64,000 bases of DNA, taken from assembly GCA_036172245.1 (NCBI GenBank), contig JAYWIR010000010.1, forward strand, positions 744,001 to 808,000, read 5' to 3'. The notes under the pieces were generated by a model. It did not search any database, was not told the DNA's origin, and saw only the letters and a list, made by a program, of their open reading frames with translations. This DNA is from Raillietiella orientalis (taxonomy: Eukaryota). Below are positions 1 through 13,135 of this stretch, in pieces (position 1 is the first letter of the stretch; each line of letters opens with the position of its first letter). The translations under genes and the position numbers were made by a program.

Positions 1-544
1 AATATACCATCATTCATTCTTGTTCATGCAGCTTATTTTATTTGCCAGCATGATCGTTGATTTTTTTTTGCCTAGTTTCATGCCTCATCAAATTGGCTTG
101 AACAATCTCATCTCAAACAATACGAGAATTGTACGAAAATGTTGTAATTGTCAACAAACTTTGTAAATAAATAAAATACGCTTATTATCTGCGATATTTT
201 TCCCAAATAAAAATTCAAATGTAAGAAACATGATCTCTGCAATAATTAGGAAAGCAGTTTTAAAAATGCAATGAAATGAAGCATTAAATAAACTGTTTTG
301 TCATAACTTCAACATGCTGACTAATCAAAAACCTACATATTTGAAGACTACAATAATGAAAAGAAAACTAAACTCTTCACAGTTTAAAAAAATATAATAA
401 TATAAAAGTAAATTTGATAATTTGCCAATAGCTTTAAGAAAAACCTTTTGCAATACATGCAGTTTTGTAGTTAAGTACTCAGTTTACAGTTACTGTACAG
501 TTATTAAGAATAATACAATGCAGTACATGATCCCACTTATTCAT

Positions 545-598
545 CTTCAGTGTATTTCATAAACAACAAATTTTTGCTGTTTATGAAAAGCACTGAAG
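545..598. repeat. 54-bp near-perfect palindrome/hairpin
   Basis: CTTCAGTGTATTTCATAAACAACAAA versus the reverse complement of the right arm, CTTCAGTGCTTTTCATAAACAGCAAA (3 differences in 26). Confidence 0.85.
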
Positions 599-3500
599 CA
601 AGTTAAATTCAAGGCAAACAAGTACAAGGATAATTAAGTGCCTGTTCTGGTAATGTTCATTAAAATGGATATAATAGATTAAATCATCATGAAGTATCGA
701 TTCTGAAATTGTTCAAGTGTTATGAAAACAACTGAGAACTTTTTTCATTCAAATTGTTTTCTGGGTTTTAATATTAGGTCTTGATTACTTAATTCTGTTA
801 ATTATAATTATTCAAAGAATTTTGTACCATCTATCCTTCTAATTTTAAAAAAACACAAGGTAATTTCTTCATTCTGTTTATTTCTAATATAAGATTTGAA
901 AATTACATGTAAAAAAGGTTCCATTTTATACTGATAAACCACTGCATATCAATGCAAGTTATGTAACTCATATTTAATTCGATAAAATCCGACATTGTTT
1001 ACTGCAGAAGGCGCATAAATTTCTTAAAACAATAAATTAACTGATGCTATCAATTCATTATGGTATGAAAGTACGGCAATACGAAATGATCTTCTACTGC
1101 TAGGCAAACTTTAATTCATGCACTGCTTTATTTAAACACATTTATCATACTGGAATGTAATTAAATACTCATTCATGGTACAAAATTTTCCATAGAATTT
1201 TTAACTTTATATACGTTACCTCACAGAAACATTCCTTATCAGATTCTTGCACAGCATTCTGCATTTTTGACGTAACAGTAGAAGAAATACATTTATAACT
1301 TTTTCAAATCCTAATCGTCAAGGTAAATTTATGTTTATTCATTTCTGAAAAAAAAAATACATTGTATTTTTTAAACTTTTATACTGCTAGCTTCAAGATC
1401 CTATTGACTGAATACAAGTTAAATTGTATTAGCTAACATATATGCAAGCAAAAAGTTATGTCGACAAACTCCCGTATATACAAAACTGTAGGTATTTGGT
1501 TCCGTTCACTGCCATCTTACGTAGCACATCGTCATTTTGCGTACAACATTCACATGAAAGCATGATAATCAGGGTCTCTTTAAAGGAACCACGCTTAGCT
1601 ATTTTTTATGTTCTAAATGAATAATGGAATTTTATATAATACTTTTTGGAAAAATCATGCATTTTTTAATACTGCTTTCCCCCAAAATATCCTGCTATTC
1701 TTGCACGATTTCCGTAATTTCCTTTATTGCATACCAAACACAGTCATACCAAAGATATATTGGGTAACAAAATTACATTCCCATTGCAATTATTGAATAA
1801 GTAATACGATCTAAAAAAAACGTCATTATAATTATCATACTGATTACATTTCTGAAGATATGATTAGTAGTAATTGAAACACTTAGTGGTTTTAACGAAG
1901 TAAAAATGAAGAAAAAAAAAGCTTGCAGCAAATATAAAAGTACATTATCCATTAAATCAGTTAGCACTTTATATAATAATTATATTTTCCATAACTGAGG
2001 CTATTTTAGAAGTGTAATAAACATGCATGAAACTATATGAGTCCCTAAACTCGCAGAGATTTTGATTTATTTAGAAATTATCCGATAATTAATGATAAGA
2101 CTGCCTTTAAAATGTATGAAATACAATATTATTATTTTTTGAATCAATGCTTTTGAGTGAACTCAGTCAGACTACTAGAAATGCAAAGAAATACCTTTCG
2201 AAATTTCATATTGATTGATAAAGTGAGCATTTTTTGAGTAGAGACCCTTGATACATTCTCACACAGAAAATAAATACATTTCAGATAAAGTAAAGAAAAG
2301 TAAAATTTTCATGGTCAACTAAGAGTGGAGTAAATTTAATCTTCCGTAAACTGATTTATCAATATTAATATCTGAACGATAATAATTTTATGCTACGAAT
2401 ATTTTATAAAACGGAATGGATTATGATTTGGAATGATGTTTTATCTTATCATGTATTAAATAAAAATCTATGAATTCGGAAAAATGAGAGTTTGAGCTTA
2501 GATCGTGAATATCAAGCCAAATAAGGACTGTCGATTTATTTGTTTTATTTTGGATTATTTAATCGAAAATAAAACAAATAGAGGGCAGAACAGCTGCTAC
2601 GATTTCCCTGTTCCATTACGAAATTCTAAAAACCGAGCTCTGAATTAAATGTAATGATTAGAAACTAAAGCTTTGATTTCTTGTAAGCAGTTTCAATATG
2701 AACTATAAACTATAAGTCTATTGATTATGTCGAACTTGCACAAACGTCTGTATATCTATGTGTTCTTTGTTACTGATTTTAGATGGGTCTTCTTTCTTTC
2801 TGTCCCTAATTCATAATGGAAAGGAAGAAAATGAGCACACCTTTTCTTTCATTTCTTCATTGAAAGAAACAGTAAACAGGTTATCTTTGAGGAAGAAAAT
2901 CAACTCTCTGAGTCACTATTTTTGAGCATCTTTATAAGCTGTTTCGTGCTAAAAAGCTGAAACTAAGGAAGGTATTCAGCTTCATCTTTTAGGATTTTCA
3001 GATTAAAATGGAAAACTTCTGTTAAATTTCGAAATTCATTTTCACAGATTGAATCTATCAACATCTGTAGTCATATAGTTATGTTTTTTCGATTCTCGTT
3101 TGCAAACATCGTCTTGCAAACATACTTTTATAAACTTTGAAATGATGCTGGATTGGCTGGATGCTGGATCTCTTGATGCTGGATTGGCTTGCCTTGTTTT
3201 TAGGTTCACTCTGTGCATTTATTAATTCTATTAATAAATTTTGAAATTTTCTATGTGATTGCAATGTAATATATATATATATATGTATATCCTGATTTTA
3301 AAACACTGAAAACAAATTGTGGAATAAGTTAGTTGTAGGATGAAAAACAATACGATTTTGTCTTTTGTTTTTAAGTTCACTAAAGTTACAATCGTGCTGT
3401 GGATACAAATGTTCACTTCGTGTTCCGTAATTAAGAGAACAAAAATATTAAAAACAAAAAAGATGGAGATCTAGACAGGTGCAAAAAATGAAATGTAAAT

Positions 3501-4799
3501 ATCGTGCTTCTGACAAAGTTAATGAATCATGCTGGATATTACTTAGCATAAAGAAAAAAAATATATCGAAAAGGAGGATCCTCCTGCCACATCAAAGGAT
3601 AATACATTCATACATTTAGTTATTTCATATACTACACTCATTTCAAAACATAATTCCTTATACTAATAATGATTATTTCTCATTTAATGAAAGTAATTTT
3701 AAGAAATATCTGGAGATTTCATATAGAGCAAAAAGAGCCCAGAAGCTTCCAGAAGAAAAAGTCCCTTCTGAAATGAAATTCTATTTCGACTTTTTGCAAT
3801 TTGAGGTCTTCGTATTAAAACAAAAAAGGGATCGGATGCTTTCATCATTCGAAGAGAATTTCATCGCGCGCTGATGGACAGGATTCTATCATAAGCGTAA
3901 GGCCAGTTTCTCATTTTAATGAATTTATTAGTGGATCGAATCATGAACTTTAATTAATTATCTTCATTATTTTAGACTTAAGTTAGTTTCTCTTTCCCCA
4001 GGACCTGGGGCATGAATGCTTGTCAAGGCTTCCTTCGAAACAAAATTGTCGTTATTGGTGGATCGTCCTTCCTTTCTCCGTAATATGAATTTATTGCCAT
4101 CGAATTCATAAGTTTGCTATGTCATAATTGCTTTCCTCTTTGAAAGAACTTTTGGATTCATGACTTGCATGCGCGTTTCCCTGCGTTATTTCCACCATAA
4201 TGAGAAGTAATTGAAGTGAGAGAGAGGACAGTCACCTAAGAAGGATAATGAAGAAAACCATGAGACCTTGTAACGTTTATCATGAAGTTGATAGGCCTAG
4301 GACGGCTACAAGAGGTAAGATTCAAGGTAAGATGCAAATTTTCCGAGTTCCTGAAGCTGCGAGCGTGCTAAAGCTTAGTACCCAAGTTTTCAATACCACT
4401 TATCTCACGTGTTTGCAGCAGAAATCAAAACGCGTTTCTAGAAAAATCCACAATTGGAGAAAATTCCTCATTATCTGCTTCTGAGCTCTCAGCGCTATCA
4501 CAAAATAGCTTGCGTTATTAACACCATTTCGAAGGTGCTCTTCATTGAATGCATTCGTGTACGCCTATCTTCCAAGTGATGGCTCGGAAAATCTGCCGTG
4601 TTGCAGTTACGCAGCTCAGCTGCTGAGATGTCTGAAGAACCCCAATCAGAGGGATTCCTTCCTGGTTCGTTTCGGAGGCGATCCGATGGTACCCATGCGC
4701 ACTTCCGCAAGATGCGGCAATCCATCTGCGCTTGCGTTTGGCCAACCACAAAAAGCAGACGTGATGTTCCGAATGGCTCAGTCCAACCGTACGGAAGAG

Positions 4800-7700
4800 A
4801 GAGAGGCTTACTAATCCAAGCTACTGAGCGAAATGCCAATCTACCAAGCTTGTAAGGAGATCCGTCCGGGTCTCCGCCGCAGCCTCCTGCCTGCAGAGCT
4901 GCTACCCTTCTTCGTCCATATCCGGAAAAAACCGTCCCCGGGAGCGCGGTGTCCCGTACCGGGAAGCAGTCTGAACCTACCACTGTCCGCGGTCATCCCA
5001 ACGTGCTCCACGTGCATGAAAGAAGTGTTGGATGCTGAAAGCTCGCAACCAGACGAAGCGAATTTGAAGCGAAGCATCTTCAACTGGAATGCCGTGCAAC
5101 GCTTGTCCAGTTTAGCCTTCGGCATAGGGATCACAGGCGGCAATTCCAGACACTGTTTTGTTGCCTCTCGGTCGGGCTACTATTCGAGAACATTCTGCAA
5201 GCGAGGTACACTCGTTGGGAAGGGATTGCACAAGCCACGAAGAAGCAAACCTTGTTTTGTGCTGGAACCATCGTACTACCTCACCGGCTGCCGTATAGTG
5301 AGGGCCGGGCAACACTGACCCGAAGTGCCGAACTGAGAGTTTCTTTTCCCTCACCTTATGTGCATCGCTCCTTGCTTTGAGTCCCAAGGTCGGGCTTGAG
5401 GCGGGCCGCTTTTAATTGGTTCGCCCTGCACCATGAAACCTGCCTGGAACACTTCCCTCCAAGAGGGTAGAGGTGGTCTCCGGCATCTAAGAGTTTCCCC
5501 ATGATTGCCCGTTTCCACCACAGAGGCATCGGAATAGCGGCTTTGGTGGATTCGTCTCGCACCCTCGACCTTTTTCTCTTGGCACGGGGCTTTTTCGCTG
5601 CTGGACCATGTCCGATCTCTCCGTGGTCCAAAGACTGGCCCAGGCTTGCTCTCGGCCGTCTGGAGGACGTCCTTCTCGAGTTCCGTCTGTGCTGAACGGG
5701 GCAGAGCGAGCGTTTTCGCCCTTGCAGAAGTCGTAACGAATCCAAGGACTCATTTTTCTTGCAAGCACGTAAAACTCTGCAACTCGCTTCTAATCGTTGG
5801 GTGCGCGCTGCTGGAAAAGTTGCACCCACGGAACGAGACATCCTGCGGCAGGTGTTGATTCGTCTGCTGCGGGGGATGCCGCGCAAGCTCTCGCATCCAT
5901 GAAACGCCCATTCGCTTCTGACTCTGCTTCCCATCGTTTCTGGAAGCTTCCTTTCAGGTTCGGTTTCTTGCACTCAACTCATTTGCCAGCAGCAACCAGC
6001 GTCATCTGTCGAGGCACATTGCGAAGGTGGGTGCTTTGCAGGAGAATCAACTCGGTGTCTTTAAAAAAAAAAAAAAAAATGTACGAAAACAAAAATAGGA
6101 AGCTGGCGCACGAGTTTATCTTCTTTCCGGAATCCCACTGAAGCAGTGTTCCCGGTTTCTGAGCTGCCCGAACCTTTGACATTTCGGCCAGAGCTGCAGG
6201 AATCCAAACTTTGCTACCGACATGCGCTCACGACAGCCCCCTCCCCCGAGCGTTTCCACAGAGGATCCTACTCGAAGAGAAGGAAGGCCCGCCCGAGGCC
6301 CGGCTCTCCAGGACGAACGTCTCCATGCCGAAATCCCGCCATTCCTTGAAGAGTTCGTGCGTTCCGTTCCACCCCCCACGCACTGCCTGCCCCACGATCT
6401 GCTACGTCTGCGATCCCACGTTCGCCTGCAACTTTTCGTTCGAGAGCAGGCGCTTGCAGAGAGCTCGGCCGACGTGGATGGTGGGTGAACTCGGCCTGCG
6501 AAGCTGCTGCTGCTGCGTCATCTGACTTGCAGCAGGATCGAGGGCAGAGTGTGCTGTCCCGCGCGGTGCTAATGAAATGGGCGTTGAACGCATTTTCGAG
6601 TTCCTCCTTGCAGCTTCTTGCGTCTGGCTGCCCGTCCTTGCTCTGTTACGTGCATCACCAATGCGTGCGTCCTCCCTCTGCAACCCTTTCCACCGAAGAC
6701 CTTCTCTTCGCAAATAAAATTCAAGCGTGCAAGCGGAATGCCAGTTAAACATCCCGGCAGTAGCAAACGGTGCTGAAGGCGTGGGCATTGGTCACTCCAT
6801 AGCTTCGCCCCACTCTTGGGATCATTCAACCGGAGTTTAACGGAAACTCATCTTGTCTCATCATGCTGCAGCGACACCATGACAATGGAAAGCTCGGTCC
6901 GAGCTTCTGCAGCGCCGGCACGATCCCCTTGGTGATTCGCGCCTCCACGCAACCGACCTCCCGTTGCCAGGCTTCTGTAAGGGAAGATGCTGCGGGTTTC
7001 CGGGAGCAAAGGAAGCTGTAAGCATCTCGCTTTCCCTTCTGAGGCGCCAACCGGAGAAACAAAGTTCGACGCCATTTCTTTCCGCGTTAACGAACGCCAC
7101 TGTTACTTCCGCATCGGAGAGACACCCCAGTATTCCCCCGGAAACCCACGGAGACCGCTCGGCAGGGGCATTGTCTGGTCGTCCGCAAGCCCATTTCTAG
7201 ACCCAAATCTCCCCTCTCCTCGCCTGAAAAGCGGACTGGAAACCTTTTCTCTCGCTTGAAGATGGCTTGATGCTTGAGCGATGCAGTAGATACATGCGAA
7301 AACACGAGCATCCCTTAAGGCGATACGGCATGCTAAATGTTTTCGAACACAGACGAGCCCGAGCACCAGCAGAGCGAGAATCCGGGGATTCGTCACGGGG
7401 AAGGTGATTTGGAGTTGTTCGTCGAAGATCATGCAGCAGCTGAGCGAAAGAAAGCGAGCGGGGTGCTCGTGCACGGTGCAGCATCTCACACTTGTACGCC
7501 CGGCCTACTCTCCAAAGAGTATGGCCAGTTGTCGGTTCAAGCAAGAAACGCGCACGCAAAGACACGTGCTGCTTGGACTGGAGCAAACGTCTTGACATCG
7601 ACCACACTTTGGGAGAAAGGGTCACAAGCATTCCGAGCCACTTGAGAAGCAGTCGTCGACTCACGAAGGCTTCACTGCTAATTAGGGTATCAGACCTAGC
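4800..7700 (-). mobile_element. Decayed RTE-like LINE (APE + RT), about 3 kb
   Basis: Degenerate motifs in the expected order across frameshifts: PVTNPRILAL / VFACIY (APE), ERNGVEL (N.NG..L), YDFCKG (DF.KAFD), GCETNPPKPLF (GC.LSP.LF), LLDAGDHL (LLYADD), AFQLKMLR and RRRPGR...W (RTE C-terminus). Confidence 0.55.
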
Positions 7701-9130
7701 TACAAGAAGTGGGCAAACTCGGCTACTAAGTTCCTCCTTTGCCTCACACAGGCCGTGGTGATCCGATTGCCATGCCTGGAGACGCTGAGGTCAGTTCAAC
7801 AAGTCGACAGGGAGGAAACGGATTTCCTAACCAGCTGGCCAGAAAGACAGAAGAGAGAACGTAGGGCTCTCGTTGGACACATCGAGGCCAGCGATGGAAT
7901 CCGCAAAAAGATCAGCAGAGAACACCTCAGAAAACATGGATCGGGGAGCGGCCACGCGAATCGTTGGCAAGAGGTTCCCTCACCTCGCTGAATCCGGGAA
8001 TTAGGTTCAGCTGCAACAGAAGTTCGAAAGCATGAGCATGTTCGGAGTTTCGAAAAGTGAGCGGGTACAGCGGTTCAGCAGGAAAAGAAACAAAGACAGG
8101 TGTTCCAAGAAAAGTAGCACCGACTGAAGAGAACGGGTTCTCTCTGTGAAGTTTGCAAAAGAAAGGGAATTCGGCCACACTCGAGCATCACACCCATTGC
8201 TTAGACTTTGTCTGCAGCGTACGACGGGTGAATAAATACGAAGAGTACATACTCATTCACACATGTGGTACAGCGTCAAGTGGAAATGTCTTTGAAGGAC
8301 GCAGTTTCCCCCGAGCTGCAAGGGCGGGCAGGATTCAGTAAATTGCGGTTGCAAAGAACAGCTTTCTCAGTCACCTCATTCTATCCTCAGTTCCAGCAGC
8401 GTGCAGGTCGCAGGAATCAAGAAGAGCGATTTTTTGTCCATGAGATGTGAGTCTTTGTTCACGACAGTCTTTGTTTGCGAGGGTTGTGCTCAAATAACGA
8501 ACTGCATTAATTAAAGAGCAGATGAAACGAAGTGTAAGATGGAACGTCGAGAGCCGCATGTAAGGATGGAAACCGTGAAGCGAATCGAGGGAACCCCATC
8601 GCATCGATACGCAAGAAATTCGAAAGTTGCGTAACACGACAGTGGTCACCCGATGCTGAAACCTCGATTTGGTAGAAAATTCTTCAAAAGTGGAGACTGC
8701 TGTAGCAATTAGGACTCTCTGTTATGAACGGGGGACATATCGGTGGAGAGAGAGAGGGAGAGAAGCACTCCATCTCAACAAGAGGAAACGGGAGACATTA
8801 TCCATTCTGTATCTGAGCAATCGGCCACTGCTACTCATATCTTGAGGTCTTCCTGATTCATGAAACGCAAACGGAACACGGAGAAAGTTAATTTTCGCAC
8901 TTCCCTTGGAATTCCAATTCCTCTATTTCTGCATTCCATCCGTCGGAAATTAATTAAAAGGTGCGTGTGGAATTGGGGTGAACTCTGATTCTACTCTTAA
9001 ACAGTGTACTGTGCATGCTGTTGTAGACTTTCTAAGCAGAGTTTACTTGAATTTATCGATGCTGAGGGAAACGAAGCAGTTTGTTCAAAGACGTCGAGGT
9101 GGAGGTGGTCGTAGCTCGCGGGCACCGCAG

Positions 9131-9289
9131 GTGGTCACCTGCTGGAGGTTGGTGCCATGGTCACCTTCGCGGCGGAGATCCTCCACAAAGGCTGCCACGG
9201 AGGGGTCGCAAAGAATGCCTACTCCTGCGCAGGACACGTTCTCGTTAAAACAAGTGTTCCATGGGACGCACCCTGAGCCATTCCAGAGG
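9131..9289. repeat. 159-bp direct repeat, copy 1 (identical to 16964-17122)
   Basis: Base-by-base comparison from GTGGTCACCTGCTGGAGG to CCATTCCAGAGG shows both copies are identical; the flanks differ. Confidence 0.97.
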
Positions 9290-10109
9290 ACCCCCAGCTG
9301 GGATGAAGCGCACTTAGCATTTCGGAGAGTGTAATAATAATAATGGAGTAGATTCTGTAGTCACAATGCCTTCGGGTCGAGATCCCTCTGAGTATTTTGG
9401 TGAAGGATTGCATAAATTGGGTTGCTCTTCCCGAAAGACAAAAAAAAAAAATGCCAAAGGACACAGCCCGTGCCTTCCTACCAAAGTAAAGAAAAGGAGG
9501 CTCCTTACTTCACAAAAACGTTGCTATCGGCAACGGCTAAGGTCTTTCCAGCCCTTCCTGCCGCCTTCGTCGTCAAGCACAAAGGGTTTCCTCCCATACG
9601 TGACAACGCAGCTGCGCAAATCATCTGTGTACGTCAGAGTGTTCGCGTCTCGCGCTCACTCTAGACCAGGGTAACCGCGTCCATCGCGTGCACTTCTTGT
9701 TCTGGCATTTTGGAACCCCCTCACGAGGCCTGCCTGGGGCGGCCTGGCAGTTTGGGTGCGTTTCGCTCCGAGTTGAGCCATCTGCCTTCGCTGCGTGGTT
9801 TGCGATGCTTTTCTCACCAGGGCTCGGCCGCTCTGCGAAACGGTGACGCAGCCATTCCCGGTCGTGTCCAAAAAGTGGAATCTCAATACACGACCGGAGG
9901 ACGTCGACACCCCGTCCCTTCCCAGCAGTTGTCAGCTCACGAAATGAAACCGAACGCAGTGAATTCTGTGGACAGTAGAAGCCGAGGAGAGTTGGAATCA
10001 AAGAAACGCCTGCTTCTGGTCCAAGAATTGAGGTCAGCACTGGCCCGAAATGAGGATTGTGAAGGATTCCGAAATCTGCTTTTTCGTGTGGAGGTGCGCA
10101 GCACATCAT

Positions 10110-10142
10110 GGTGTGTGTGTGTGTGGTGGTGGTGGTGGTGAT
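10110..10142. repeat. Compound (TG)n(TGG)n microsatellite
   Basis: Directly visible. Confidence 0.9.
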
Positions 10143-10313
10143 GGGTTTCCTCAGAATTCTCTCCAGGTTCCCAGTCGCCGAACGTCCAAACTCAACCGAA
10201 AAAATCTTGAATCCTTGCCCTCGAGGGCTGGGAAATCCATCCGCTTCCATCGGGCGCGGCAGAGGCGTCGCTCCACCAGGGCAAAGCGCACGAGTGTTCC
10301 AAAAGCGGTGTAT

Positions 10314-10615
10314 TTACTGGAACCTCACCACGGTCCTGTTCATGTACCTCGTGAAGAGGGAAAGCAGGATCTCGACGACCTTCCGCAGGAACGGTTGGTT
10401 GCGAACGAGAGCTTCGACCGGCAGGAAGGCCCTTTCGATGTTCTTGGGTTCCGGTTGCCTGCCGTACTCGTCGTACTCGTAGTACTCGGGCTGCCCGTCG
10501 TCGTAGTCGTCGTTCTGCGCGGCGGCGTTGAATTTCAGAATGTCGGCGGCGTTCTTCAAGCTCTCGAGGGCATCGAAGATTCTGTTCTTGATCTTGTCCT
10601 CGAAGTCTTTGATTG
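10314..10615 (-). CDS. Terminal coding exon of an unrecognised (orphan) gene: (A)IKDFEDKIKNRIFDALESLKNAADILKFNAAAQNDDYDDGQPEYYEYDEYGRQPEPK...VVRFQ*
   Basis: Pyrimidine-rich acceptor TTCGTTTGTTTTGCCAG at 10616. Strong GC3 codon pattern (TTC GAG GAC AAG ATC AAG AAC). Protein-like amphipathic helices, unlike the surrounding Arg/Pro/Ser-rich spurious ORFs. TAA at 10314-10316. Confidence 0.7.
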
Positions 10616-13067
10616 CTGGCAAAACAAACGAACAGATAAAGCGACAAAGAGTTGTGGAAGGGAACCTCCCTCCCTCTCCCCTTCCACGTCGCTCGATTCT
10701 TCCCTGACCCTCGGAAGATACACTTGCGGCACGCTTGGTGGACGGATATTCGGAGAGATCCGCGTGGAGACAGACGGACGGCTGTCATGGAACGCGGCTA
10801 CTGCGGTGCTGCGGCGTCACAAAATGATTCCCAACCGATCGGTGGCGTGCGGAGTCGGCGAAAAGAGCATTTTGACGTAACTTTCGGCGTGGTCTAAAAG
10901 CATCGACCCTCGAGGAAGGGCTGGCAAAACCCCGGAGCGAGTGGAAAACGTTCCCGCATTCCTCGATCGCACTCGACCGATGCGATGGTATCCCTGGAGG
11001 AGGATCCTGGCTTCAAGATGCGCGCAGACTCTCTTGCGGCGCAGACCGCGAATCTTCGAGGTTCGGATCGCGCGTGAACGTCCTGCCCGCTTCCTTCGGG
11101 GAAGTTTCTTCCGCTCTGGAGCCCTCCTTGCTCCAGCCGGAGCCGCGCTCGGTCTTGGATGAAGACGGCCGACCCACATCCGTCGAAACCCCCCGCGCGT
11201 TGTGTACGGCACGAGGCGAACCTTGTCCGTACCGTCGCGGCACGGGCAGTCGACTCGCGGCCGATCCACATCCATCCACCGATCCACGTAGGCCTCCAGG
11301 GGTCACTCTTCGCCAACTGACGGAGAAGATTGGAAAAAGAATACGAGGGAGGTGAAAGGGGGGGGGGGAGGGAACCGGGAATTCGCTCCTGGAGGAATCC
11401 AAGCCCTCGGAAGAAGTCCTTCGGTCTTGGACCAGTCGAAGCCAGATGGAAAAGCATCCTTCCGAAAAGCGGATTGTCGGAATCCACGTGGTGGCACCTG
11501 GTCACCGTGCTTCTCGCACCTCAGCAAGCCGGAGAGCGGGGAGCCAAAAGCGTCACCGGCAAGCCGGAAAGACGACGGAGGAACCACGCCATCAGCTACC
11601 CCTCTCTTTGGGTCGAATCTTTTTTCTCGCCCCGCCGTCGCATCCCCTCATTGTTCTGTGAGAACAATCAGATGATTGAAGAGCTTCCGATCTTCCGATG
11701 CAAGGAACAGACGCAGCAATCGATCGGCCGCAAGAAGCGGGATTTCCTTCGGAGCTTCTGACTCCTGCTGAAAAACGATGCCATAAAGCCGAGGTTGCGA
11801 AGAAGAGCGGGGGCAAGGGAAGAAACAAAACGCACCGGAGAGGAAGGAATCAGCCAGCCTCGTGCTCAAGAGGAAACGGGTCCATCGGGAGCACTTGAAA
11901 AAGCCAAAAGGAATCGATTCTTCGCCCGCGAATTTCCAAGGAGCAAACTGAAACCCGGGCAATCTGGATCCAAGAAGTGAGGTCTGCAAGTCCTTAGGAT
12001 GCTCCGAGGGGATTCTGCGGGGGGAACAACTCAAAGCATCCAACCGAACCTCGAATTCTTAAAGTCGCCGGCAGGATCGTAACCAAGGAACAGCAGTCGA
12101 AACAGCGTTCGAAAACGCCCTTTTTTTAAAAAAAGAAAAAGAGAGAACGAGAGAGAAGGAAACGAGGGCCAATGAGAAAACGCAAAAAGCAGCAGGAACG
12201 GTGGTGTTGACTTTCAAACCGTCTGGAATTTTCCGAGCGCTCAGATTTTTCCGAACTCCGTTTCGGAGTTCGCCCAACATGGCAGCCGGTGGCATTCCGC
12301 GTCCAGCTGGGCGACGCTCCTCGGTGGCGCGCAACTGCGAACCGCCGAGCGACGCTTTCCAAGGAAATGCGCCAGTGCGCAGTTGGAGGGAGGGGGGGGG
12401 GAAGGACTCTCATAAGGGAAAGACTCTCGAGGCCTTCGCGAGTCTCACCAAGTGGAGATTCGGAGGGAAGTAGCGCCAGGGAGAGCACACGAGGAGGGAC
12501 GGAAGTCATCCCCGATCTGTGTCCGCCGAAGATGCAAAGAGCCGCACCGTGAACCGGAAACGAACCCAACCGCGACAGTTCCGTGGACCGCGAACGGAAA
12601 AACCCAAGCCAGCTGTCTGTTGTAGTGGGGGGAAGGGGGGGGGGGGAGGGGACCGTTCGCGCTCCCCCCTTACGCCAACCCCTCAGGCAACACGCCCATG
12701 CACACGCTTGACCCTGTCGACAAGGCGCGTATCCAAAACAAAGAAACGAAAAGTTCGGTGTTTCTGTTTATTCTACGAGCATTCGAGCCCTCTCTCTCCC
12801 CCCCCCCTCCTCCCCTCCTTCTTGCCGTCGTTCGATGGAATCCCCGAGACCTCAACGGAACCTCTCGATCTTCGAGATCCGCTGCAGATAAAAAGCAACG
12901 GATCCGGTTCGTCTGCGGATCCAGGCCTGCGTCCGTTGCACCGGCAGCGCTCCGCGCGCAGCCTCGCGGCGGACCGTGGCAACGCAGCCGCAGCGAAAGT
13001 CCCCGTAGCGCACCGAGGGGAACGCTCTCGCCAAAGGTGGCGGTGAGCCGCCTCCACGCAGCTTCCA

Positions 13068-13103
<36 letters not shown>

Positions 13104-13135
13104 GGAGGAGGAGGAGGAGGAGGAGGAGGAGAGGG
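13068..13135. repeat. Compound microsatellite (GAC)n(GAG)n
   Basis: Directly visible GACGAC... followed by GAGGAG... Confidence 0.95.

Noticed and set aside
1200..3420. Exon-like minus-strand fragments in the AT-rich left flank
   Set aside because: In-frame stops and no identifiable homology; no gene model could be assembled.
4372..4392. TACCCAAGTTT, resembling nematode SL1
   Set aside because: Partial match only, with no GT donor or Sm site.
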